Numbered from the whole stretch's first letter, positions 13,922 to 25,173 are shown. The stretch: 62,860 nt of DNA, filler included, from Sluysia triapertura (GCA_046118255.1; 5 parts of 5 records of this genome joined end to end with filler, not necessarily neighbours in it), one strand, 5' to 3'. Numbers and translations are program-made. Notes: generated by a model from the sequence alone, not told the origin.

Positions 13922-14272
13922 ATATTTTAAGTCAGACTTTTTACGATCTACCATATAATGCAAAAACTCAGATTTTAAGTTAGTCGTTTACGGTCTAACC
14001 AAATAGTTATGTATTTTAGAAATTTAAGCTAGCCTTATTACGGTCTAGGAGGAAAAAGCAATGATTGTATTTACTCACTATAAAAGAAGTGTATTACTAG
14101 ACAATTTAAGATTTCACAAAATTCACAAATATAATATGAATAATCAATTTACCACTTAAACCGAAATAATCTGGTGTATAGATTTTAGATTTAGATTAAC
14201 TTAGCCATTTACCGTCCAAGTGAATGAATTGATTTAATGTGAGTATATTTTATATTCACCCAGTTACGGTGA
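13922..14272 (+). repeat. Hairpin-unit array with ~49-nt period
   Basis: Units CAGACTTTTTACGATCT (~13933), TAGTCGTTTACGGTCT (~13981), TAGCCTTATTACGGTCT (~14030), each preceded by ATTT(T)AAG; further units at ~14202 and TCACC-CAGTTAC-GGTGA at ~14256. Confidence 0.7.
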
Positions 14273-14656
14273 GAATGACAAAACTTGTACAAAAATATCT
14301 TACTTTCATTGACAAACTTGTCGATGTGTTGATTATTTCAAATTGTGTGTATAACTACTGAAAATCCAGTATTTAGATACTTACTTTCTTTTCATTAATT
14401 AATTTAAACAAAAAATATAAAAATATAATTTTAATCAAAATAACATTTTAATTTATTTAATTTAGTGATATTATTTACATATTAATTTAATAGTTTATAA
14501 TTTCATTTAGTTTATTTAATTTATTTATTTTCATTTATTTAATCTATCAATTCTGAAATTCTTTAATAATTAATATAGAGATTATTTAATTATAATAATT
14601 AATAATAATTAAAAAATTAAAAATAACACAAAACATAAAACAGCAAATTTAAATAA

Positions 14657-15420
14657 TCATTTTAAGCCTCTATATCTTTCAGTCTCAATACTACTTCCCC
14701 CACCGGGAAGATTTGTCCACGAATCATTAAAGTCCAAATCGACGTTGTCATCTTCTAGAAAATACGGTGGTGGAGAATCTGTTAATGTGCCGCACGATAT
14801 TCGTTTCCGTTGTCGTATTGTAGGCTGGTATTCCAACAGGGAGAATCTATAAAGGGAAACTCCCATTCGGAGTCGTAGCGGCTGGGCTTAATTTTTGGGA
14901 TTGGCGTAGAGTGTTTTCTTTTGGGAAGTTTTGGAGTGGTAAACTCGAATGATGATGATGATTCCGAACTGTCATGAGTGTTATCAGTTGATGATGTCGA
15001 TTGTTGATTGTCAGATACGCGTTTTCGTGCTGGAAACGATATTGTAAACCACTGTGCTTGAATTTGTTACAACAATGACTTGAACGTAATGACGTTAATA
15101 GATTGTATACTCTATGTTTGTGTTCGTCTACTTCTTGTTTAGCTGCAATTCATTTGGTTGATGTCGTGGTAATACGGGCAGGATGTGCCGAATTTTATGC
15201 ATAATCCAAATGAATCCAACTGTGATGGACATTGTCCTATACATTTTTGGTTGGATAAGATAACGTTAGTACCAGACATAAAATGAAAATGATCTTTAAT
15301 GTGTGCTTGAAAACATATAGCATTATTCAACAATGATAAAATCAACTCGATATGTCTTTCCTTTAATGTTGTAGGCGATATAGTTGCGAAGCGTCTCTTT
15401 ATAATCTGTCTGCTCTTAAA
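14657..15420 (-). pseudogene. CCCH zinc-finger protein remnant (C-x9-C-x6-C-x3-H), paralog of 19236-19553
   Basis: CPSQLDSFGLCIKFGTSCPYYHDINQ...HKHRVYNLLTSL versus CSHTAMQNGKCIRFGETCKYFHSINE...HYSRIDYLLADL; internal stops and frameshifts; Ser/Pro-rich tail. Confidence 0.7.
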
Positions 15421-16029
15421 GTCTTCTAACTATGTAACATTAGATTTTGACGTTCCTTGAATATTTTGTTCTGATTTGAATATTAAGCGCTTACATAAAA
15501 TCATATGCCATATAGGATTAGATGATAAAAATGATACAACAGGATTAACAACAGCTTTCTGAATAATTCCATATCAGCACGCTTGAGATGCACTTGTGCT
15601 ATCGTGTTGATTAGGGCCACATTTATGTTGTTTTGTGATTAGAAATACTTCTCTATTTCATCATCTTTGACGCCAGTACCGACGCCAGATAAGGGGAAGA
15701 AAAAATTTTTCCTTGTTTTTTTACCATTTTCCCACTGAGCTATCAGCTCCGTCTAACAATTTTATTTTATTATACGCAATATTTATACATGGCACTTTAG
15801 GCCTTTACCACAACACTATTATTTCGGGTAATTTGACGAACCCCCTATGTGGAAGTGATATCCACAGATTATCGTCAATTCTGAACAATGCGTTGGCTTT
15901 GGCTTTAACTTATTATTCGTAAACAATATTCTGGTTACATGTTCTAAATACGTTTATGATTCGCCATATAATACAAGTAATTGTGTTTCCGATCTTAATT
16001 GTACTTCTACCTTATTACATTTATAAGTA

Positions 16030-16594
16030 CAGTGGTACCTCGGTTTATGAATTTAATCCGTTTCAAGATTGTGTTCGTAAACCGACATGTTCGTTAACCG
16101 GAACATCAATTACAACAGAAATTGTATGGAAATGCAATTAAGTCGTTCCAATATATAATTTTTTAAAATTTAGCGTTCGCAAACCGAAGTTTATTATTTT
16201 TAAATTATTTTTAATTTAATGTTTAAAAAATATCGTAATGTTACATATTTTTATAAAACATAGGTTTTAAAAAGAAACAGTTTTATTTAGGTCAAAACAA
16301 TTTACTGCTGGAAAGGGCACTTTTCTTCAACATTAATTTCATCAGTGATTTTTCTTTGATTCTTACGTTCTTTTTCTTCTGAGATTTTCGTCAAAATGTA
16401 TCGAGAATAGTCAGTATTTTTCTTCTTTTTAGAGTCTCTTGAAAATATGATATTGCATTATCATTCATAATATTAATTTCTCGGTTTGCATCAAATTTGT
16501 TTTGGTGATACTTTTCAACGAATTTAAGTACTTATTGCAAATATCTTTGATGGTAGCACTTGTGATATATTCTTCTTGTTCAGCCTCAAATAAC
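16030..16594 (-). mobile_element. Tigger/pogo DNA transposon 3' end (TIR plus transposase C-terminus)
   Basis: TA + CAGTGGTACCTCGGTTT TIR at 16030; minus-strand ITSATIKDICNK..FVEKYHQNKFDANREINIMNDNAISYFQETLKRRK..LDTF matches the Tigger transposase tail. Confidence 0.85.
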
Positions 16595-17069
16595 ATCTGA
16601 CTATGTAATTTCCTTGAGCAACTACATTGTGATAAATTTTACTTTCAATAGATCCTTTTTTAAATGTTCCATCGAAATGTATATTGCTTAATGTTCTAAT
16701 ATTATAAATTATTTTTTCATTATTCCTTATTCTTAATTTGTCACCTTTATTTAAACCTATATAACCTGTTTCAAATGCGTCTCTGTAATTATTTGGTAGT
16801 ATTTTAAAAGGTTTTGATACTTTCGATAGGTGTATTATTGAGAGTGACTGTAGTGTTGATCTTCTAGCTGTACATTCCCTTACTAAGGTAGTTACTGAGT
16901 TTCCTTCCTGATTGACATTTAGGACTTTTATATCTCTTATTTTGACTCTATTTCACCAGGATTCCGGAAAATCTTCGGTTTCTAACAGTGTTTTACTGCA
17001 GTCAAAAGCTTTTATTCCATTAGTTTTATTTATTCCGAACATAGCTAATAGTATCATTAGAAAAAGCAT
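16595..17069 (-). pseudogene. Envelope glycoprotein N-terminus of chuvirus-G / Anakin-env type (class III fusogen-like), truncated at the Tigger remnant
   Basis: Signal-like MLFLMILLAMFGINKTNG, then IKAFDCS ... VNQ..TLVRECTARR ... NNYRDAFETG ... DGTFKKG...IYHNVVAQG, following the AYDC / VxxC / CxxxxxTG / GxCxG / WxNVVVQ order of chuvirus-like glycoproteins; one TGA and several putative Cys losses. Confidence 0.7.
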
Positions 17070-17597
17070 GCTATTAGTGGAATTACTTAATCTAGGTATA
17101 ATATTGTTTAACATATTATTGTTGTTAAATAAATTTAATAAAATATCAAATGGTTCATTTTGATTATTCTTTTCCTTAATTATATTTTTCCAGCCTACCT
17201 GTTCGTCGATCCAAAGTTTGAGTTTCTTTTCGATAAATTCTATAACCTTATCTATTTTCTATATAGTTAGTGACTTTGCTTGGTCGCATTAAAGTATAAT
17301 GTACGCTAAAATTATTTTAATCTTCTCATTACTTAAACCTGTATTAATCCGCTTGTTATTATTAATATATAGTGTCCATTGTCAATGTAATCACTAATGT
17401 ACTTAATTTTCTATTTGCTTCATTATTCTTATAAAAGATGATTTATAGTCTTTCATTTAAGAAATATTTTCTTATATTTGTCGAAATCCGTAAATTTATT
17501 GGACAGTAACGTATAACTATATTTTTTTTGTATCTATTATATTTTTATTATTCAAATCTTCACAAATTATTTTAATAGTCAATGATATTTGGCGTTA

Positions 17598-18215
17598 TTA
17601 TTTTATTTCATTATATTCACTTTTTCTTGGTCGGCCAGGGCCTCTTTTTATAGTGTTTGTTTCCTTATCGCTAGTTTCGATATGAGGATTGTTATTCAAA
17701 TCATTTATGTATTTTGGTTTTTCAATTATATTTTCATCATTAAATTCAATATCATTTTCCGTTAATTGTCTCACATAAGAATGCGGAGTCTTATCTAAGT
17801 CAATATCATTAAATATATTCGTAGTAACAATAAGTTTATTCTGTACTGCATAAGTGATAAAAACTTTTATTATTTCATCATGGTTTCCCAACGGATGACC
17901 TTAATCATTTAAGAACTCGTCCGAGTCTAACTTTCTATAATGATAATATAATTGTACATTTGTTACTGAAATATCATTTGATTTAATTATGTCAATAATT
18001 TTTTTTATTAATGTAGTCACTGGTAATTCCGTGAAAACATTAATCGATTCATTAATTAGTATGGGTTCTTCGGACCTTTCCATTTCTTCACTTGTTTTTA
18101 ATAACATTCTAGCTTTTGTTTTATAAGAACTGTTCTCATGGCTTAGAATTACTATATTTGATTTAATAATTTGTCCATCAATCCAAGTCATATCTGAGGT
18201 GAGTAAATTATCCAT
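17598..18215 (-). pseudogene. ~205-codon frame with one internal TAA: ubiquitin-like segment and C-terminal AT-hook
   Basis: ORFs 17901-18215 and 17598-17891 are in the same frame; NVFTELPVTTLIKKI..NVQLYYHYRKLDSDEFLND*G resembles a Ubl beta-grasp; KRGPGRPRK is an AT-hook. Confidence 0.5.
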
Positions 18216-18399
18216 ATATTAATCTTGTTTTCTCTTTGATCTATTTCTTCATTCTTCGCCATTGTCGTCATCCAATTTCATTCTATGGAATTCTTGCAGT
18301 ACTCTGGTTTCTTCTTCTGTAAACTGCCTTTACTTCTTCTAGATCTATTTCCTTCATATTCTTCACCATAACTGTCATAATCATCATGATATTGTCTTT

Positions 18400-18960
18400 C
18401 ATAATCGTAATTAACTTGCATTCGACCATTTTTATCATTTTTCTCATCAAATCTTACCTGTCTTGATGGATCTTGATTATTGGTAATTAATTCGTGGTTA
18501 AAAGTATCTTATTTTAATTTCTGCAATTTCGAGCGTAGTGTCCATTCCTATTGCAATTATGACATATTACTTCTCCATCTACGTTAGTTTGAGTCTTATA
18601 GTTGTTTGTTTTATCGATATAATCGACAATTATCTCTGGATTCTTACTCTTATTTATAAATTTTTCATTATTCGCCAACTTAGTGGAGGTCTTTACTCAA
18701 ATTCGTTTGATCCGGTATTCTGAAAACTTCTTGTCTTTCCTGTTTTTTAGTTATAATCATTTCTTCTGTGTTAGAATTATTCCTTCTACAATTATTTCCT
18801 CGAAAATTACCTGTACTGTTATTATCTAAAAAAATCTTATTTTTAAATGTATCTTCTCTTAAAATATATTCTGGGCTCTTATTATTATTATTTATATAAC
18901 TTAAATTGCTTTTTCTTCAGCCCTGGATTTCTATATTGTGTTGGTTTAAGGTTGTTAGGT
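18400..18960 (-). mobile_element. Gag nucleocapsid remnant of an LTR retrotransposon/retrovirus-like element
   Basis: Perfect CX2CX4HX4C knuckle CHNCNRNGHYARNC at 18523-18564, preceded by Asn/Arg-rich low-complexity sequence. Confidence 0.8.
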
Positions 18961-19235
18961 TGTGAAATGTAATTAAACTTATCGCAATTTTAATTATTTA
19001 AAATTTAATACTATAAGTTTATTATGCCAAAAATTATTATAGTTTTTCTTTAATTTTATTTTAAAAAATAATTAAAAATTCAATAAATAACAAAAAACAT
19101 TTAAAAGCCTAAATTTATTTTTTACAACTAAACTAAAAATTTTTATCTGGGTCAATTTCCAAATATGCCATTTTTTCTTAGAACCAAATTCCTTAACTAA
19201 ATAAAACATAAAATTAAAATATCACCATTGAAATC

Positions 19236-19553
19236 TTAATGAATGTTTACTTTGATGTTATTCCGAGAAGGTCCGTCTAGTAGTGGAATTGTAGGATTGT
19301 TGATAGCTGTTTTGATTACTTTTATATTGGGAAGTGATTTAGTAAAACTATTGAGGTCTGCCAATAAGTAATCTATTCTACTGTAGTGTGAAGTGCGAAC
19401 TGCTGGATCAATTTCGAACTTTTCGAATTCATTGATTGAATGGAAATACTTGCATGTTTCACCAAATCTTATACATTTTCCATTTTGCATTGCCGTATGC
19501 GAACATAGAGCCATTTTGTGATGTACATTGAAGTTTGTAGAACTATACCCCAT
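19236..19553 (-). CDS. CCCH zinc-finger ORF (105 aa, probably a fragment)
   Basis: CSHTAMQNGKCIRFGETCKYFH; paralog near 15.2 kb. Confidence 0.6.
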   Translation of the reverse strand: MGYSSTNFNVHHKMALCSHTAMQNGKCIRFGETCKYFHSINEFEKFEIDPAVRTSHYSRIDYLLADLNSFTKSLPNIKVIKTAINNPTIPLLDGPSRNNIKVNIH

Positions 19554-19559
19554 ACCATG

Positions 19560-20075
19560 ATGATAAACATCAACATTTTATTGCTTGGTTTTGGTAATAA
19601 AATTAGTAAAACTTTCTCGATGTTTTGAGTTGATTGATAACTTATCATTTTATGTGCATCATAAATTGTTAAATATCGAATAGAATAAAAATTTCTCTAA
19701 TTCGATTCGTATGATGTAGCACCATCAAAATTCAACTAGGAGTTGCTACCACAATATCAACATCGAAAATACTAGGTTCCGTAAAGTGATTAGTCGGATC
19801 TATATTATTTTTAGATTAACTCCTTCAATTGACTTCATTGAATTACCACATTCTTGTATTATCAATTGGATTGTAAAAATCAAAATCTTTATTTACATAA
19901 ATGGTTGACTTTTGTCTAACCGCATTGTATAACTTGAATATGATAAGCTCCAGTTTCAGATAAATCAATAATATCTTTACGTTTAATCATAATTGGTGTA
20001 GCATGTTGTTGAAGTTGACTCGATTTTAACCATTTTACTTTAATAATATTGTCTAAAAGATCATATACTTTAGTT
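19560..20075 (-). pseudogene. DEAD-box helicase RecA1 remnant, DDX6/eIF4A-like
   Basis: Ordered motifs: LLDNIIKVKWLKSSQLQQHATPI (Q motif), KDIIDLSETG-AY (motif I, GKT deleted), DIVVATP (Ib), IRYLTIYDAHKMI (degenerate motif II), IEKVLLILLPK..MLMF (before motif III); frameshifted, no introns evident. Confidence 0.75.
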
Positions 20076-20269
20076 ATGACTGCTATGATTGTGTAACCAA
20101 AAATTTAAAGTTATGTTTTTTCTTATTTTTAACTAAAACCAAATTTTTACTGCAATTTATGATTAATTTTTACTTTTTTGTCTCGTTCTAACTTAAAAGA
20201 CACCTACTTAGCAAAATAGTTAGGATCTCGAGATGAGTTAGGCTATTAGATACAATTTATGTCACTAAT

Positions 20270-20722
20270 TGATGACGGTCTAATTAGACTTATTCAACAG
20301 AAAATAATATGTCTTGTTAGTTTAACTGCTCTACTTCTTGGTAATCGGTTAGAGGAGATATCGGAACTATTAGTTCAAGATAGTTTAACTTAAAAACAGC
20401 CTTATCCTGGTCTGTTAAACTGTACAGGAAATTTGTATATTGAAACAGCCTTCTTACGGTCTATCAATAATTTATCAGATTTTATACGTTAAGACAGCCT
20501 TTTTGCGGTCTGATTAAATTGTCGAGAATTTTAAATAGAAAAAACGAAGTAGTTCTACTACCAAAAGGTTTATTCAGAAAATCAATCTTACAAAAACTAA
20601 AATAAACTTTACAATGAAGACAATATTATAATAATGATAAGATTTTAAATATTAAGATATCAATAATATCGTAGACCATAATGATTTTGACTGGAGTTTA
20701 AATCAGCCTTTTTACTGTCTAA
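20270..20722 (+). repeat. Hairpin-unit array with exact 49-nt period
   Basis: CAGCC-N7-GGTCT units at 20397, 20446 and 20495, with a further degenerate unit at ~20703; flanks are loosely collinear with 14170-14410. Confidence 0.8.
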
Positions 20723-21379
20723 CAATAATCTAAAGATTTTACGTAAGATTTTAGTCCTAGGACATGATGAAACTTATATATAAAAAATTACTTTTTCATG
20801 GATATTATTGTAATTGTTTTTGTTGTATTTCTTGTGGAGATCCAAATTTCCAAATTTTTCTCGACTTCTATGTCATTATATATCTTATCACTTTCTGTTG
20901 TGTGTTTTAGAATTTTTTGCCAATACTTATATACGTCTGTTATCCATATTGTTTATGATTTTTATTTATTACTTTAATTAAACAAAAACATTTTTTTTGA
21001 TTTGAGTAAACAAATTTATTTTAACAATTTCATTTTTAATATTTTTATTTAATATTTTATAGTTTTTATAATATTTAGAATTAGTATTTACAACAATATC
21101 AAAATGATTATAAAATATAATAAACGATTTAATTAATTTATAAAAAAATAATAATTAAATTCAAAATATTAGTCGTCAAAATCAAAATAATAACCAATTT
21201 GTCAAAATTAGTAAATTAAATCACACATGGTTTATCACAAAAATCATTTTGATATCCGATGTCCAACAGTTTATTACATTAAATTTTTATTGGCACCAAT
21301 TTTTTTGTTCTTCATTCCACTCATTTTTTGCTCACTGTCACTGCCCAATAACAAATCTGTATACACACAGCTTGACAAT

Positions 21380-21730
21380 CATATGCTGATTGGACGTCCA
21401 ATCAGATAAAATTGGTTTTTTAACTAATATCTGTCATCGGTATTAATTGATGTAAACATAACTCTTATGTGTAGCTGTGCCGTTAGGAATGATTGATTTT
21501 AGTCTATCCTAACGCTGTTAGTAGTGACAGTTAATGTAGTTGGAGACAACTACATTGGTTTTATGTTATTAATTTTACACTAATAATAATAGTACAAATA
21601 ATAATAATCTGTAATAATAAAATGATAATAATAATAATATACCAAAATTGAAAACATAAATCTTTTAATTTTCAAACAAGATCTTTCTTTTATTGTAACT
21701 TCTTTTCTGGACATAAATCTAACTATAATT
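21380..21730 (-). repeat. Structured dispersed repeat, copy C (no RUN coding part seen)
   Basis: 20-bp perfect palindrome CTGATTGGACGTCCAATCAG 21386-21405; nested stems 21431-21530; 10-bp stem 21533-21556; (TAA)-rich tract and AT-rich block as in copies A and B. Confidence 0.65.
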
Positions 21731-23149
21731 CTTTTGAAATTGATTAAAATTAAATTAAGATGAAATTTTCTGGTTCTAATTTTGTTAGGCAAAGAATTAA
21801 ATGTTTCAAATGAATTTTAAATTTAAATGAAGGCTTATGTCTAACAACTTACTCACTTAATATTTATTCACGTTTGTCCCAATTCGGGTGCTAAATTTTG
21901 CTGAAGTTTTTCTTTCAAAATAAATTTAACTTTAATTTTTTAATTCAATCCGTCTGTATTGACGTACCTACAGAAATTTATAATCTCCTTATGTAAGGAC
22001 CTATTAATCCTTAACTTACAAAGCTCTTTACTTAAAAAACGAATTTTTATTAATACACAGTTGTAGTTTATAATTTACAAAAATATTCCAAATGTTGATG
22101 ATGCTTGTAATAATAACAATAATAATAACAAAGTTAATGATAACAATAAATACAGTTTTTGAGGCTTTATTTTTTATTAATCAAATTTTAAAAAATGATT
22201 TTATAATTGGTTTTAAGACCAACTTTTAAAAATTATAATTTACGTACGATTTTGTAACTCATACAAAAAATAGGATATCTTACATAAATTAACTTGCTAC
22301 TTGAATATAAGAAACGAATTATAGTTTTGGCTTTATCAATAATATTGTTCTTTACATTTTCTTTTTATTGATCTGGTATAATGGATTTAACGTCTTGACG
22401 ATCAAAAGACGAAGAATTTTCTTTCTTTGAGTAATGGTTAAAAATCTTTTAGGTTTTAGTTGATAATAAAAATCCATTATTAAAAATAAAGATCCATTGG
22501 TTTTGTTCATTATTAATTGAAAATCCATTATTACTTTATTGATAAAATAAATCCATTAATATTTCAGTATTTCATTAAAATGCATTATTAAAAATTATTT
22601 AAAAATCCATTATTTGTTATTTTACTTAATAAAAATTTTATTTTATTTAGTTAATTTTAATTAAAAAAATTATTTAATTAATTTTATTTTCCATATTTAT
22701 GTACCTTTAATCCTTTAACAACTTTAATTTTCTTGTAATGACTTACTGGAATTATTGTTATTCTATTAACGTCTTACCTTCAATTAATATTTTCAGGAAA
22801 TGTTTTAACCTCAATTCCAATTTGTGAAAATTTAGTAATTTATTTCCCTTCTTATTAGAACAACCCTAGAAAACCAATATAAACAATCTATTTAAAAGAA
22901 TTTTCGTTTAACTTTTATTCAAATTATGTAATCTCTTAATTCTCAATTTCTTTGGTAGTTCGTTTTCTAACCTTTCTTTTAATTAAATATTTTCAAATAG
23001 CTTATTATTATTCATTATTATTTTTTTCTAATTATTATTATTATTATTTTATATTATTATTAATTATTATCTATTCTTCATTTCAGATCTGATGATGGTG
23101 ATTTTATACGTTGCATAATCCTAACATATAACATATCGTTTCCATAATT

Positions 23150-23650
23150 CAGACTTATATTTCCTTGGTGACATACTTGCTACTACAAATACAATCAGAA
23201 CTCCTGTGACAAAAAAATGCAACCAAAAATCCAAACATCAATATCCTTAATATAATCTGCACGTGGAAAATTTGCGGAAATACCTGTTGCTTGAGTTAAA
23301 ATCCCTAATAAAGTCGATGCAGCTTCATTAATAATCAGAAATTTAACCAACTTATCGTAATAGTTTAAACATTAAGAATGTAAGTACTTCCTAAATAACT
23401 TCTTAGGTGTCTTTGTAAAAAGAATGTAGCTTTAATACGTGAAAAATCATCCGTACTTACATATTTTCAATCGATGGCTGATTAAATTCAGGTATTTCTA
23501 ATTTTTTAGGAATTTTAATTGGCTTATCTCCGACGAAATTTGAATCGATCCAATGCACAACCAAAAATACCAATATCTATGTGACACTCCCAATCCATTG
23601 AAAACGTTCGAAGTTTCATGTGACATGAAAAACGCAAGTAACTAATCGTA
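23150..23650 (-). pseudogene. Cys-loop ligand-gated anion channel subunit (GluCl/GlyR/GABA-A-like) pseudogene
   Basis: FSCHMKLRTFSMD..ECHIDIG (Cys loop), LEIPEF, FSRIKATFFLQRHLRSYLGSTYI, ISWLNF*, LLGILTQATGISANFPRADYIKDIDVWIFGCIF (M2-M3); deletions and frameshifts. Confidence 0.9.
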
Positions 23651-25173
23651 ACAGTAAAAATATTGTTATGCTAAAGATAATTACTAAAGATAAGTCCTCA
23701 ATCACAAAGTTTATCATAAATATGTTAAGGTAGCTCTTTTAATGGAAATAAATATTCAAAATCTTCTTTCTTGTCTAGCTACCTTGTTCTGATTTTATTA
23801 CAAAAATGCGATATTTATATAGTAGTTTGGTAATTAAAAATTGGAAAATAAAAATAATTATTTGATATAATTATTCAATCCTTTTAGCCACTCATAAGCT
23901 GACCAATTTTAATACTCGGCTTCCAATTTATTGTCTTCTGACATTACCCAAAGATAATGTGATGAACTTAATCAAAATTTAATATCATTATCATACTAAT
24001 ATTTTTTTATTAATATAATGTATCAACTTAAATTAGACAAAACTAATCAAATACAAAATTTCTTTTCTATAAAAAGCTTCTTACACAATACGTCATAAAT
24101 TTAATCCTAGATTATAAAACTAATTAAAATAACTAATTTTTATTGTAAATATGTAATATTTGTATAATATTAAAATGCCGTAATATATAATGTATAATAT
24201 TTTAAGAATTCATGGAATGTAATTTATGTAATTAAATAAGAAATATATGCAAGAAATAGTTCTTATAAAAATAGTTCTTATAATTATTGTTATTTAATTT
24301 TTATTATTAGATTTATTTCCTAACAATTATTGCAGTATTATCAAAAGTACTATTAAAACTTCACAAAAGTATTATTATTGATGAATAATAAAGTCAATGA
24401 GATTTATTTAAATTTCATTATAAAATGCATATCATTTTAAACCACTTTCAACCATTTCAAACAAAATTTTATTCAAGACGTAAGTATGGGCTTCAAGAAT
24501 TTTTATGAAGACGTTCACTGCCTTAAAAAATGCGAAATTTTTTTCTTGTTTCAAGTAGTAATAAGTGTCTCTATTACTCATTAAAAAACGTTATTGAAAA
24601 ATCGTTAGCGACTATTCAATTACAATCATTTTGGAATAATACTTAACGGATCAATAATCACAGGCCAATTTTGAATATCAACATTTATTTAATAGAGTAA
24701 TCGTTAGTTGAATATTTTTGTAAGAAAGAATTTTAAAGGAAAATAAACTAAAATGTACTTAAAATATTTTAATAATATTTAATTAGTAATATTTACATTA
24801 TTACATATTTAACAGTAATTAATCTCAAAATTAGAACAATTATCGACTAAAGATAATTTTAATAAACTAATTAGAAAGTTTTTATTATACTTAACGTAAA
24901 TTAACACTGTTGGTCGATAAACTCAAATTCTTATAAAAACTTTTTTACGTATTATCGAATTCATATTCGTATGTATCATTTGTTTTTATTATTATTAATA
25001 AATTTTTAACATATTTATAAATTTGATTAATTAGTTAAAAAGGAAAAAAGATTACAACTTTAATTTTGAATAAGTATTTTTAAAACCCTTCTTGCAGTTC
25101 AATAAATTATATAGCTTTAAAGAAGTGTGAAATATATACAACATATAATAACAAAAAGTGTTTTCACTTATAA

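Noticed and set aside
20397-20512. CRISPR array
   Set aside because: Eukaryotic context, no cas genes, degenerate ~17-nt repeats and partly similar linkers; kept only as a hairpin array
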